Notes: generated from the sequence alone by a model not told the origin. A DNA stretch of 32,000 bases from a bacterium (GCA_037444445.1 JBBIMK010000005.1:1-32000); one strand, 5' to 3'. Shown: positions 1 through 9,297, counted from the first letter of the stretch. Translations and numbers: made by a program.

Positions 1-1044
1 TCTTTCCTTCCAGAAATCCACAAGATTATTGAAAGGACGGTCAATCCAGATAGGTCTTTTTCTTTTTTGGATAACTTCTCTTAGATTTTTGACAAGGGGA
101 AATAAATAAAACTGGCGTTTAATCCCATGATATTCAAATTTTGGAAGTTTAAGATATTTTAGACCAAGACTTATTAATTTTAATTTTCTTGAAGGTCCAT
201 GACCATAACCCCTTGTTATATCAACCCCACGATCTCTTAAAAACTCAAGAAGTTCCTCGTATAATTCTTCTGGAATATGAAATGTGCCTGAACCTTGCGT
301 ATAACCTAAACATTCTGCCACAACTTCACCATTATACTTTAACCGATTATATAAACTGCTTTTACCAAATGCACTTGTAGTAGTAATAAATAAAAGTTCA
401 GGTTCTAATTTTCTCTCTTTAATGATTGATACATAATTTTTGTATTTTCTCTTATAAGCTTCTCTTATTTCATTGCAAGACAGAGTAAGAGCAACCATTT
501 TCCCTCCCAATAATTCATTATAAGGAGGTAAAGCTCCAACTCGCTGGGCATTCATTGACCTATTTACCCATATGTCTAACTCATCCTTAGGTAAACCAAG
601 CCACCTATCACGAACCGCCATTTTTAATACAGGGCTTTGGAGACAAATCAAACCAAATGGTGCATCATGTGTTGTATCCCATAATAAAAATCTCATCTGA
701 CGGCCATATGAGCGTTGAAATGGAATACTCCACCAGATTAAGTTCCACCATTTAAATAAAATTTCCTCAAAAGAATCTGATTGAACCTCCCGTAATTCTA
801 AAGAAATTCTCTCAGGGACAATTTCATAACCATTTCTACAATAATTTTTCACTTTCTTAATGGAATCTACTAAAAAATTCTTATGTAGAGATAGTTGCTC
901 CAACCTTGCCTTTTGTTGAATTCTGCGATATGTTGCTTTACTATATCCTTTTGGCCTCACATGAGGATTTATTTTAAACCCTTGTTCTTTTAAGACTTGA
1001 ATGATTCGCTCTCGCAGTTCTCTTTGAGATTGGTTTAGTTTCAT
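1..1044 (-). CDS. DUF4338-like (Druantia DruA-like) protein, partial: the 3' end runs off the left window edge
   Basis: It is absent from the ORF track because no stop codon lies in the window. My own reverse-strand translation from the ATG at 1044-1042 stays open for 348 codons down to nt 1: MKLNQSQRELRERIIQVLKEQGF...SYGRQMRFLLWDTTHDAPFGLICLQSPVLKMAVRDRWLGLPKDE...LLFITTTSAFGKSSLYNRLKYNGE...GYTQGSGTFHIP...KRQFYLFPLVKNL...IWIDRPFNNLVDFWKER. The order of motifs (GRQxRFL, hydrophobic strand + RDRWxG, xYNRL, GxTxGxG, FYxFPL) matches what I remember of Pfam DUF4338, the DruA family. This is a memory-based assignment. The region is clearly AT-rich compared with its neighbours. Confidence 0.5.
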   Translation of the reverse strand, partial: MKLNQSQRELRERIIQVLKEQGFKINPHVRPKGYSKATYRRIQQKARLEQLSLHKNFLVDSIKKVKNYCRNGYEIVPERISLELREVQSDSFEEILFKWWNLIWWSIPFQRSYGRQMRFLLWDTTHDAPFGLICLQSPVLKMAVRDRWLGLPKDELDIWVNRSMNAQRVGALPPYNELLGGKMVALTLSCNEIREAYKRKYKNYVSIIKERKLEPELLFITTTSAFGKSSLYNRLKYNGEVVAECLGYTQGSGTFHIPEELYEELLEFLRDRGVDITRGYGHGPSRKLKLISLGLKYLKLPKFEYHGIKRQFYLFPLVKNLREVIQKRKRPIWIDRPFNNLVDFWKER

Positions 1045-1046
1045 TT

Positions 1047-1235
1047 TTATTTTTTATCCTTTTGCCTTACAACTTTTCTTTTTTCAACCCATCCATCAAT
1101 TACTTCTTTTTTAAATCTCCACGGTTTGGCGATTTTCTGGGGAGGGGTGAATTGTCGGGGGCGGGTGGGTTTCCCTCCCTCTCTTTTTTCCACGATAGGT
1201 GATTTTTCTGTCTGGCTTTGGCACATTTGCTTCAC
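1047..1235 (-). CDS. hypothetical small basic protein (doubtful)
   Basis: This is a 62-aa ORF in the track. Its TAA stop lies 2 nt upstream of the DruA-like ATG. It is Lys/Arg/Pro-rich with no recognisable motif, and it spans the AT-rich to normal-GC transition. Confidence 0.2.
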   Translation of the reverse strand: MKQMCQSQTEKSPIVEKREGGKPTRPRQFTPPQKIAKPWRFKKEVIDGWVEKRKVVRQKDKK

Positions 1236-1341
1236 TTTGTATTATATCTCAATGGTGGGAAATCAACCGGTGAGGATGGGACCCATTTTCCAACCCTTTC
1301 ATCTATCGGCGTCTATCCCACAGCACCTCACGAAAGCACAT

Positions 1342-2478
1342 TTACTCCGGCACTTTTTTCGTTTCGTTCGGCAGATGTAAGACCCTTGCGGGATGTGCCA
1401 GTAAGGAGTCGGCAGAGGAGAGGACTTCGCTGACGGAAATCATTTTCAGACACTTCCGGTTGTCGGGAATCTGGCAGTGGTATCGGTAGCAGGGCCAGCA
1501 GGGGAGGGATTGCCCTTTGCAGAGGGCGATGTGTGGTTCTGCTTTTGGGGCGTGGAAGAGGGGGTTGGTACCGCCGAAGATGGAGAGGGTAGGAACGCCC
1601 ACGGCGGCGGATAGATGCATCAGCCCTGTGTCGTTGGTGATGAACAGGGAGCAGCGGGAAATCAGGGCGGCGGCATGGTTGGGCGTGGGTGTTTGCCCCG
1701 CACATATCACCGCTTCCTCTGGATGTTTCATCGCCCGTAGAACCGCCTCCGCCTTCGGTATGTCCTCGGGACCGCCGAAGAGCAGAACACCCGCCCCATA
1801 ATGCTTCACAAGATTATCCGCCACCCCGGCATACCGTTCTTCAAAATACTCCTTGGATTCCCAGTTGACACCAGGATTGATGCCGAGGAGAAATGTTCTC
1901 GTGGTCAGGAATGGATACCGGGACAGAAATGCGTTAGCAAAGGAAATTTCCTCGGTGGAAAAGAAAAATTCAAGGTGAGCGCCGGCAGGAGGGATGCCTC
2001 GCTTCTTTAAGTCACCCAACTGCACCTCCACCGGATAGCCCTTCTGCCTTCGTCCACCTTTCATAGCAGGGGGGGCAAAAATTTGAAAGAGTAAGTTGCC
2101 GAAAGCATTCCATTTTCTCTTCCAGCCGGGTGATGTGAAGATTTCAATGAGGTAACTTCGGGCATTGCCCTGGAAGTTAAACACTTCATCAAAGTGCTTT
2201 CCTGACAACAGGAAGAGGAAGCGGGTGAAACGAAAAAAGTCGAGCGGAGGAAATGACCTGCGAAAGGGGCGCTCCAGTGTGAGGGTTTCATCTATATAAG
2301 GGCAAGCATGAAGAATACCTTCATATCCTTTGACCACGAGGAGAGAGATTCGGGCAGAGGGGAACGCCTGGCGGATGGCACGCAGAGCGGGAACGGTGAG
2401 CACTAAATCCCCGATGGCGCTGAATTTAATTACCAGGACTTTACGAGGAAGATTTATTTTTCCCCTCCCCTGCTTCAT
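1342..2478 (-). CDS. glycosyltransferase family 9 (ADP-heptose:LPS heptosyltransferase-like)
   Basis: 378 aa. The N-terminal KVLVIKFSAIGDLVLTVPALRAIRQAFP and the C-terminal ITNDTGLMHLSAAVGVPTLSIFGGTNP are the two hallmark GT9 (WaaC/WaaF-type) motifs. Confidence 0.85.
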   Translation of the reverse strand: MKQGRGKINLPRKVLVIKFSAIGDLVLTVPALRAIRQAFPSARISLLVVKGYEGILHACPYIDETLTLERPFRRSFPPLDFFRFTRFLFLLSGKHFDEVFNFQGNARSYLIEIFTSPGWKRKWNAFGNLLFQIFAPPAMKGGRRQKGYPVEVQLGDLKKRGIPPAGAHLEFFFSTEEISFANAFLSRYPFLTTRTFLLGINPGVNWESKEYFEERYAGVADNLVKHYGAGVLLFGGPEDIPKAEAVLRAMKHPEEAVICAGQTPTPNHAAALISRCSLFITNDTGLMHLSAAVGVPTLSIFGGTNPLFHAPKAEPHIALCKGQSLPCWPCYRYHCQIPDNRKCLKMISVSEVLSSADSLLAHPARVLHLPNETKKVPE

Positions 2479-2488
2479 TCCATTTCTT

Positions 2489-3772
2489 TCATCTCCGTTC
2501 CGACATCAGGGAGAGAAGTTTTTGCGATAGGCGAGAGATTTGCACCGGCGTCTTCAGATTTTCATACAGAGACTGCTGAATGTTCACCGACGAGACTCTC
2601 TCCACCCTCTGGTTGTATAAAGTCATCAGATAATCCGTCAGACTATGCAAGGGGGGATTTTCAACTGGAAATGCCTTGCCACATCCCACTCGTTCTAACA
2701 ATTCTCCTTCCGCAGAACCTTCGGGTCCGATAAAAAGAATCGGCTTGCGGAATGCCAGATACTGAAAAATCTTCCCGCTGTAAAGGGGTTTATATCGGAG
2801 GTCACGGGAGACAAGGAAGGCATCCATTTTTGACATTTCGCACAGGGTTTTGAGGTAAGATAAAGGCTCCGTTAAGAGGCGAAGGCGGAAGAAGGATTGC
2901 CCTTCAGTGGAATGGGGATGGAGATAGGCGTAAGCCTGCAAGAGTTGCCTTCGGCGACGGGGTGTAATCCAGCCCCGGATATACAATGTGATACGGGAAC
3001 GAACTGCTGGAGGGAGGAGGTAGAGGCTTCTCATCAACGAATGCAGGGCGCGGATTTCCTCGGGCCTGACCGTGCCGAAGTATCCAATGTGAAACTCCGA
3101 AGATGGGGGAACTTCCCGCCCGGCGAAAGGGGCATAATCCTCCGGGTCAAACCCCTGCAGATAGTGAAAGCAATGTTCGGCTTTTTCAGGGATGGCCCTT
3201 TGATATGCGCGTAAAAGAGATTCTGAATTCAAGATGATGAGGTGAAAACAACGGAGCAGGGATTTTTCGAGGGGACGCCAGAAAAAACCTTTCACGGTGT
3301 CCCGAAATCCTACAAGCGATGAGAGATACCACGGGTCAATATACCAGACTGCTTTCAGAGAATGAGGGGCAGAAGCCTCTGCCACCAGGCGAATGAGAGC
3401 AGGAGTGGAGGCATTCACCCCTAAAATCACATCGTAAGAGTTCCGGGCAAGAATTTTCTGCAAAGCGCTTTTAGCGGATGAATACCATAACCCGCTCTCC
3501 CGATATGGCGTGAGACCATACAGGTTTTTCATCAGAGGGCGAAGGAGGGAAGAAAAATTGGAATACCCTGTGAGGGGGAATTCATCCAGTGCTTCTAATT
3601 TCCCCACATCCTCCAGAAGTGCGGGGTCATCCAACCCTGACTTCCTGCCCGTCAGGACTGTAACCTGCCACCCTTCACGCAGAAGATATTTCACCGCTTT
3701 CCCCACGACAATAGAGGGTGAGGAAAGGGCGGGGGGGAATACCGGGGTCGCCAGAAGTAGCCTCATCCCCAC
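2489..3772 (-). CDS. GT-B fold glycosyltransferase (GT4-like)
   Basis: 427 aa. The N-terminus MRLLLATPVFPP...REGWQVTVLTG is a typical GT-B Rossmann start, and the C-terminal ILFIGPEGSAEGELLERVGCGKAF resembles the sugar-donor binding region. It lies on the same strand as the GT9 gene, with a 10-nt gap. Confidence 0.6.
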   Translation of the reverse strand: MGMRLLLATPVFPPALSSPSIVVGKAVKYLLREGWQVTVLTGRKSGLDDPALLEDVGKLEALDEFPLTGYSNFSSLLRPLMKNLYGLTPYRESGLWYSSAKSALQKILARNSYDVILGVNASTPALIRLVAEASAPHSLKAVWYIDPWYLSSLVGFRDTVKGFFWRPLEKSLLRCFHLIILNSESLLRAYQRAIPEKAEHCFHYLQGFDPEDYAPFAGREVPPSSEFHIGYFGTVRPEEIRALHSLMRSLYLLPPAVRSRITLYIRGWITPRRRRQLLQAYAYLHPHSTEGQSFFRLRLLTEPLSYLKTLCEMSKMDAFLVSRDLRYKPLYSGKIFQYLAFRKPILFIGPEGSAEGELLERVGCGKAFPVENPPLHSLTDYLMTLYNQRVERVSSVNIQQSLYENLKTPVQISRLSQKLLSLMSERR

Positions 3773-3808
3773 TGTCTATTTCTTTTGCACTTTCCCCCTG
3801 CCCTGCTC

Positions 3809-5182
3809 TTACAACTTCTCCACTTTCGGCGATGGAAATGGAATGGCATTCCGCAGGTCAAATATCCGGTCCGCACGCTCCTCAATACGCTTCCAGTCGT
3901 AGATGGAATGGGGAGTGGTGATTACGAGCAGGTCATAGTTTTCCAGCAAGCGATAAGGGAAGTCTTTTCCCTCGCCCATACTTTTCAGGACCAGCGAATT
4001 GATGCGGAGGGCGGGAACATAAGGGTCGTGGTAGTCTACGCTGGCGCCTTTCTCGTGAAGCATCCTCAGAATTTCCAGGGCAGGGCTCTCCCGGGTATCC
4101 GCCACATCTTTTTTATAACCCACACCGATGAGAAGGATGTTCGCATTTTTCAGGGGGATACCCGATGCATCAAGCAAATTGCGGATACGGGAGACCACAT
4201 AAGCAGGCATGGACTGGTTCACCGCATCCGCCAGAGCCAGAAAGCGAGGATTGTATTTCAGGGTTCTGGCTTTATACGACAGATATAGGGGGTCAACAGG
4301 AATACAGTGTCCACCGAGTCCTGGACCCGGGTAAAAAGGCTGAAAACCGAAGGGCTTGGTGGCTGCCGCATCCACCACTTCCCACACAGGAATCCCCATA
4401 CGATGGCAGAGAATTGCCACCTCATTTACCAGGCCAATGTTCACCGCCCGATAAGTGTTTTCCAGTAGTTTTGCCATCTCCGCCACGCGTGGGCTGGACA
4501 CCGGCACCACAACCTGGATGAATTGACGGTAAAAATGCTCCACCAGACTCCGGCAGGCAGGGGTTACACCGCTGACAATCTTTGGTGTATTCACAATGCC
4601 AAACTTCGGATTCCCCGGGTCAACCCGCTCCGGCGAGAACCCAAGATAATAGTCCTTCCCCACTCTCCACCTCTCATACTTTTTCCGCCTCTGACGGGCG
4701 CTGAGAATGGGAAGAACCACCTCCTCCGTGGTCCCGGGATAAGTGGTGGATTCGAGGATAATCACCTGACCGGGGTGAATCTCTCGGACGATAGCCTGAG
4801 TGGCTTGCAGGATGTAAGAAATATCCGGCTCTCGGGTTTTTGATAGTGGGGTGGGAACACAAATCAGAATCACATCCGCTCTGCTTAATTCAGAATACGA
4901 GGAAACTTTCACTTTTCCAGCCTTCACCAGAGACTTCAGGAGTTCTTCCGGCACATCGGGGGTGAAGGGAATACCGCGAGAAATTTTCTTCAGCCTCTCC
5001 CGGTCCGTGTCTACCGCGAGGACGGTGAATCCTGCTTTTGCAATTTCAGTGAGCAGGGGCAAGCCCACATAGCCTACCCCAATCACCGCCACCACCGCCT
5101 CCTTCCTCTCAATCCGGCGGAACAATTTCCTGTAGATTTTCAGGTGTAATTTGACATAGGGCTTTTTCCCCATCACTTTCAT
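3809..5182 (-). CDS. nucleotide-sugar dehydrogenase, UDP-N-acetyl-hexosamine (WecC/WbpA/TviB/Cap5O-type) branch
   Basis: 457 aa. It has the NAD-binding motif VAVIGVGYVGLPLL and the catalytic-Cys motif GPGLGGHCIPVDP, which is characteristic of this branch of the UDP-glucose/GDP-mannose dehydrogenase family. The true start may be an internal Met (MGKKPY...). Confidence 0.85.
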   Translation of the reverse strand: MKVMGKKPYVKLHLKIYRKLFRRIERKEAVVAVIGVGYVGLPLLTEIAKAGFTVLAVDTDRERLKKISRGIPFTPDVPEELLKSLVKAGKVKVSSYSELSRADVILICVPTPLSKTREPDISYILQATQAIVREIHPGQVIILESTTYPGTTEEVVLPILSARQRRKKYERWRVGKDYYLGFSPERVDPGNPKFGIVNTPKIVSGVTPACRSLVEHFYRQFIQVVVPVSSPRVAEMAKLLENTYRAVNIGLVNEVAILCHRMGIPVWEVVDAAATKPFGFQPFYPGPGLGGHCIPVDPLYLSYKARTLKYNPRFLALADAVNQSMPAYVVSRIRNLLDASGIPLKNANILLIGVGYKKDVADTRESPALEILRMLHEKGASVDYHDPYVPALRINSLVLKSMGEGKDFPYRLLENYDLLVITTPHSIYDWKRIEERADRIFDLRNAIPFPSPKVEKL

Positions 5183-5740
5183 TGTAGCACGATTCAGGGA
5201 GGGTCCTGACTTTCCGTCGTCAGAATCCAGTAAGGGCAGGTTACCCTGTGCTCATCCGCAAAAAGTAATGAGGTTCATTGAATCTTAGCACACTCTGGGG
5301 ACTGAACTCAAAAGTTCACCTTCCACTAACCTGTGGAAGTGTGCAAGCAATAGGAGGGCAGGTAGCCACTTCCTGTTCATCTTGTAGATGGGGAATGGAA
5401 AAAAAGAGGCAAAAATAGAAAAAGATTGTTTTTTTACATTTTCTTTATTCTTTATAACTGGTTGAAAGCCAGGGACTGAGCGATGTATAGGATGGTCAGT
5501 CAGTAGTGCCCCTGCACACGGGCAATTTTCAGGCTTTCTTCGCTCATTTTCTCTCCTTTTCACTGCAGGACTTTTCAGAACCGCCATTCAATCCCTTGAT
5601 TTTTCTGACAAAAAATCGTATTCTGAAGGTGATAAGAGATGACGAAAAGTCATCCTTCTTTCTTTTCGTGGTGGAATCCGGTAGGAAGATTTTCCTCAGT
5701 TCCTAAGACCTTAAGCAGGATGGAAAATTCGGGCAAATAA

Positions 5741-6364
5741 TTGGTAATCATAGTCGCCATATCCCTGATGGTGGGGTGCGAACTGGTAGAGGGTATAATT
5801 GGGTGGATTCATAGCAGGGAAGCATATAGGGGAAAGAAGTTCATAGACTCCTTCAAGGAGTGGTGTGAGAGCCACAAAGACCAAGGCTGGGAATATATCC
5901 CGCCCGGAGCAGGACAGGGTGCACGCTGTCACTTACCATGCTACCCGGATTTGCATTGCCCATTCTTGATATCTGAAGTCTACGCTCACTACGACGATGA
6001 TGGGGATAAAAAGTTTGAACCTAAGGGCAATGACGGAGCCCCTAACGCCGACGATGATGAAATCAAATGCAGTGAAGGTCCAGGTCCGATTGATCCTGAT
6101 GAAAATCCACGACTACCCTGTCCTTTTGTTAAGGTTAGCGACCTTCATAACGAATGTTCGACTCAAGGAGGAATCTGGCAGGAGAATGGCAATCATTATT
6201 CATGCTCCGGGGTTGGCTGGGATTACGCAGGTGTAGGAACTGACTTAAACAACGACGGCTTAATTAACGAGTTAGACGAGTGGCATTGCGAGACGGTAAC
6301 TTCTGAAGGATTACCCAGCGGCACAGTGGTGGATTGCCCGTGGGAAGGAATGGATGTCGAGTGA
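5741..6364 (+). CDS. hypothetical Cys-rich, acidic protein with an EF-hand-type Ca-binding loop; possibly a lipoprotein or secreted
   Basis: 207 aa with a TTG start directly after an in-frame TAA. It contains 11 Cys residues. It has acidic low-complexity segments (YDDDGDKKFEPKGNDGAPNADDDE). DLNNDGLINELD (nt 6242-6277) fits the canonical DxNxDGxIxxxD/E loop. The N-terminus MVIIVAISLMVGC is loosely lipobox-like but lacks a charged n-region. No SD is visible, so the start is uncertain. Confidence 0.45.
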   Translation: MVIIVAISLMVGCELVEGIIGWIHSREAYRGKKFIDSFKEWCESHKDQGWEYIPPGAGQGARCHLPCYPDLHCPFLISEVYAHYDDDGDKKFEPKGNDGAPNADDDEIKCSEGPGPIDPDENPRLPCPFVKVSDLHNECSTQGGIWQENGNHYSCSGVGWDYAGVGTDLNNDGLINELDEWHCETVTSEGLPSGTVVDCPWEGMDVE

Positions 6365-7382
6365 CAGAGGCCTGAACAACGAGCGCAGGATTTCTATCTT
6401 TTTCACGCTTGCATTTTTCTTATTTTTCTTTGAACCTCTTATAAGAGGGCTGCCGCTTTTTGTTCCATGTCGCTCTGTTCCACATTTTGTTGCGAAATTA
6501 TTTTCTACCTGCAGCGTTTATCCTTTCGCTCATATCACTGAACCCGGATTCGTTCAAGTTGGACTCTTCACTGTGCTCCCCTGGATAGCCTATCTTTTCG
6601 TCTTATATTCAGGATTGATAAGGCAAAGACCTTCGTGGAAAATCCAGGCTTTCCACCTTTTTTTATGGTTCATCTTTGCTATCCCTCTCTTAAAGAACCT
6701 CTTTAGTTTTATGGGTTGGTTCCTCGTGCGGCATATCCCTTACCGGAAGCACTCCTGGAGTCAATGGGTCTGGACAGTAAATCAGGCTGTATTGGGATTG
6801 GTGAAACAAGTGGATTATTCCCGGATTTTACAGGAGATAGATCACCTGCTGTGGTTCGTTTTTTGTTTGTTACTCTTTCAATGGTTTATGTTTGGCAAAC
6901 TCACGGACCTGGGATTTATCCGTAACCCGTTCCGAGTCCGTCTAAAATGGATAGTGGTTATTTTAGGAATAGTTTTTTTAGTTCATGTGATGACGGCAGT
7001 AGTCGGGCTTTATCTCCTTCGCCAACCCAAACCAGGTCCCCGGGAAACTGACTTTTTCTTTACGCTGAGCGGACCTTTTCTCCTTCTGGTGGGGGCATTT
7101 TCAGAACAGGTGATTCAGGTGTTTCTCTTTACCCATCTGGTAAAATGGATTCGGCCTGTGTTTTTTGCCTATCTGATCCCCGGTATCGTCAGAGCGGTGC
7201 TACATGCGGATTACTGGTTAGATGTACAGATAGATCCCATGCTGTCCGCTTCGATAATCGTCAGCAGTGCTATTGAACTCTGGGTGTTTTCGCGCATGCG
7301 AGATATCGTTCCACTCTGGATGGCTCATTTTATTTTGGATGCCATTCTTATCTCCCTCAGTTTTCTGCTTTACGGCACTTGA
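6354..7382 (+). CDS. polytopic membrane protein, CPBP (CAAX/Abi) intramembrane protease-like with degenerate catalytic motifs
   Basis: 342 aa and very hydrophobic, with multiple predicted TM helices. Its C-terminal third follows the CPBP motif order: SEQVIQVFLF in place of EExxxR, RAVLHAD in place of FxxxH, and HFILDAI in place of HxxxN/D. The ATG overlaps the upstream ORF by 11 nt. Confidence 0.55.
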   Translation: MSSDRGLNNERRISIFFTLAFFLFFFEPLIRGLPLFVPCRSVPHFVAKLFSTCSVYPFAHITEPGFVQVGLFTVLPWIAYLFVLYSGLIRQRPSWKIQAFHLFLWFIFAIPLLKNLFSFMGWFLVRHIPYRKHSWSQWVWTVNQAVLGLVKQVDYSRILQEIDHLLWFVFCLLLFQWFMFGKLTDLGFIRNPFRVRLKWIVVILGIVFLVHVMTAVVGLYLLRQPKPGPRETDFFFTLSGPFLLLVGAFSEQVIQVFLFTHLVKWIRPVFFAYLIPGIVRAVLHADYWLDVQIDPMLSASIIVSSAIELWVFSRMRDIVPLWMAHFILDAILISLSFLLYGT

Positions 7383-7520
7383 GCAGGAAGTTAAATTTTT
7401 AAGAAATATTTACAGGCGGGCTCTGCAGATAGAGGGTCAGGGAGGTGAGTCATGAATCGTGAATTGCCGTTTTAGGAGCGCCCGCAGGGCATTTTTTCCT
7501 TTTAAGGCCCTTCTTCTTTT

Positions 7521-7566
7521 CCCGAGTCTGGCTCGGGATCCCGAATGTAGTTCGGGACTTTTTTCT
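7521..7566 (+). terminator. rho-independent terminator (tandem hairpins followed by a T-tract)
   Basis: Hairpin 1 is cccgag-tctgg-ctcggg (7521-7537, 6-bp stem). Hairpin 2 is tcccgaa-tgtag-ttcggga (7539-7557, 7-bp stem). The second hairpin is followed by c-tttttt-c (7558-7565). The site lies about 140 nt downstream of the stop at 7382. Confidence 0.6.
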
Positions 7567-7697
7567 CATCTCACCCTGGTTACGGGGTATGGGTGATGCG
7601 TAACTCTTTCACCGGAATGCCATCGCGACGGAAAAAAATCTTCATCATAGCATCGGCAGGGTCAGGTTCCAAAGGGTGAGACTATTATAGGGGGGTT

Positions 7698-8198
7698 CTA
7701 CCAGGCTTTTTTCAGCGCCTCGTAGGTTTGTTGCAACTGCTGGGAGATAACTTTGGTGTCGGTAAGGACGGGCATAAAGTTGGTGTCGCCTTGCCAGCGG
7801 GGCACGATGTGGAAGTGAAGATGGTCCTCCAGCCCGGCGCCTGCGGACAGCCCGAGGTTGAACCCGGCATTGACTCCCTGTGCCCGTAAGGCTTTCTTCA
7901 AAACCTGCACGCACTTCACCGTTAACTGCATCAGTTCCAATAGTTCCTCATCGGAAAGAGAATCCAATAAAGCCACATGGCGGTTGGAGGCCACCATCAA
8001 ATGCCCATTATTGTAAGGGTATAAATTCATCACGACGAAATGAGTTTTCCCCCGCCAGAGGACCAGATTTTCCACATCCTTCTTTTTCTCCCTCCGAATA
8101 CGACAGAGGAAGCATCCCTTCTCTCGCTCACCGGCAATATACTGGATTCGCCAGGGTGCCCACAGGAGTTTCATTTTTTCCTCGTTCTTCTTTATCAT
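7698..8198 (-). CDS. HIT (histidine triad) family nucleotide hydrolase/phosphorylase
   Basis: 166 aa. It has the histidine-triad motif EDHLHFHIVPRW and the N-terminal LWAPWRIQYI...CFLC typical of the Ap4A-phosphorylase-like HIT subgroup. It lies 4 nt downstream of tsaD. Confidence 0.88.
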   Translation of the reverse strand: MIKKNEEKMKLLWAPWRIQYIAGEREKGCFLCRIRREKKKDVENLVLWRGKTHFVVMNLYPYNNGHLMVASNRHVALLDSLSDEELLELMQLTVKCVQVLKKALRAQGVNAGFNLGLSAGAGLEDHLHFHIVPRWQGDTNFMPVLTDTKVISQQLQQTYEALKKAW

Positions 8199-8202
8199 AT
8201 CA

Positions 8203-9297
8203 TTATACGAAGTCCAGGGATGGGTCTACATCCAGGTCGGCGGGAGGACAGATTGTCCTGCCTGTGGTTCTTCGTTCTGCGAGCAAATAGTGATAAGCGG
8301 CAGAGGCAACCATCAAGCCGTTATCCGTGCAAAGTGCGGGAGGGGGGACGAAGACGGTGAACTTCCGCGTCTGGTAAAGGAGGGGAGCAAAAGGATTATC
8401 CAGGGGGGGTGGCAAAAGCGTCATTTTCCCGAATCGCTGTAAGGCTTCCTGAAGGCGAAGACGGAGGCGGGTGTTGCGAATCACTCCTCCCACCAGAATC
8501 AGGCTACGGGCATTTTTCTCTTCTGCCCCCCGCAGGCTCTTCTGAACCAGCGGTTGTATGACCGCTTCCGTGAAGGAGGCGGCAAAATCCGGTGGGTGAA
8601 CCTTCCCGTCCTTTTCCAGAAGTCTTTTGGCGGCAGTTTTCAGCCCGCTGTAAGAAAACTCATAGGCACCCGTCTGTGCCACAGGGAATGAAAATGCTCC
8701 TGGATTTCCCTTCTGCCCTAAATCGTCCATCGCCTGTCCGGCAGGGTAGGAAAGGTTCAGCAGGCGGCCCACCTTATCAAAGGCTTCACCAGCCGCATCA
8801 TCTCGTGTTCGCCCCAGCAGTTCATACACCCCTATCTCGGGCGAATACACCAGTTCTGTATGCCCACCGGAGGCAATTAACGCTACCAGAGGATATTCTG
8901 GCTTCTTCTCACCTGTAAAGGCAGAGAAAATATGCGCCTCCAGATGATTCACTGGAATCAGCGGCACCTGGAGGGCGCAGGAAAGTGCTTTCGCGGCAGA
9001 AAAACCCACCAGCAGAGAGCCCACGAGCCCGGGACCCCGGGTGACCCCAATGGCCTCCACCTGGGAATAAGTAATTTTTGCCTCTTTCAAAACCTTTCTC
9101 AAAAGCAGGGGAACATCTTTTAAGTGCTGGCGAGAAGCCAGTTCGGGGATGACCCCTCCATGAACGCTGTGAAGGGCTTCCTGGGAGGCCACTTTACTGA
9201 GAACGGGCTTTCCATTCCGAATCAATCCAATGCCCGTATCGTCGCAAGAAGTATCAATTCCGAGAATGATTCTTCGTGAGGGGCGACCGCTTTTCAT
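8203..9297 (-). CDS. tsaD: tRNA N6-adenosine threonylcarbamoyltransferase TsaD
   Basis: It carries the Kae1/TsaD motifs ILGIDTSCDDTGIGLI, GPGLVGSLLVG, NHLEAHI, SGGHTEL, DDAAGEAFDKVGRLL and CTDNGLMVA. I prefer the internal ATG at 9297 (MKSGRPSRRIILGID...) because it forms an ATGA overlap with the stop of the upstream ORF (plus-strand tcat at 9294-9297). The track ORF starts at 9333. Confidence 0.9.
   Translation of the reverse strand: MKSGRPSRRIILGIDTSCDDTGIGLIRNGKPVLSKVASQEALHSVHGGVIPELASRQHLKDVPLLLRKVLKEAKITYSQVEAIGVTRGPGLVGSLLVGFSAAKALSCALQVPLIPVNHLEAHIFSAFTGEKKPEYPLVALIASGGHTELVYSPEIGVYELLGRTRDDAAGEAFDKVGRLLNLSYPAGQAMDDLGQKGNPGAFSFPVAQTGAYEFSYSGLKTAAKRLLEKDGKVHPPDFAASFTEAVIQPLVQKSLRGAEEKNARSLILVGGVIRNTRLRLRLQEALQRFGKMTLLPPPLDNPFAPLLYQTRKFTVFVPPPALCTDNGLMVASAAYHYLLAERRTTGRTICPPADLDVDPSLDFV

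Noticed and set aside
5285-5587. 100-aa minus-strand ORF, and a 66-aa plus-strand ORF, in the 0.56 kb intergenic region between the dehydrogenase gene and the Cys-rich gene.
   Set aside because: They have no SD or motifs and lie in AT-rich, promoter-like sequence. The TTTACA and TATAAC hexamers there are only 14 nt apart, so I do not call a promoter either.
7569-7594. Inverted repeat tcaccc-N14-gggtga downstream of the tandem-hairpin terminator.
   Set aside because: It has a short stem and a long loop, with no T-tract on either strand. It is not convincing as a terminator for the convergent HIT gene.
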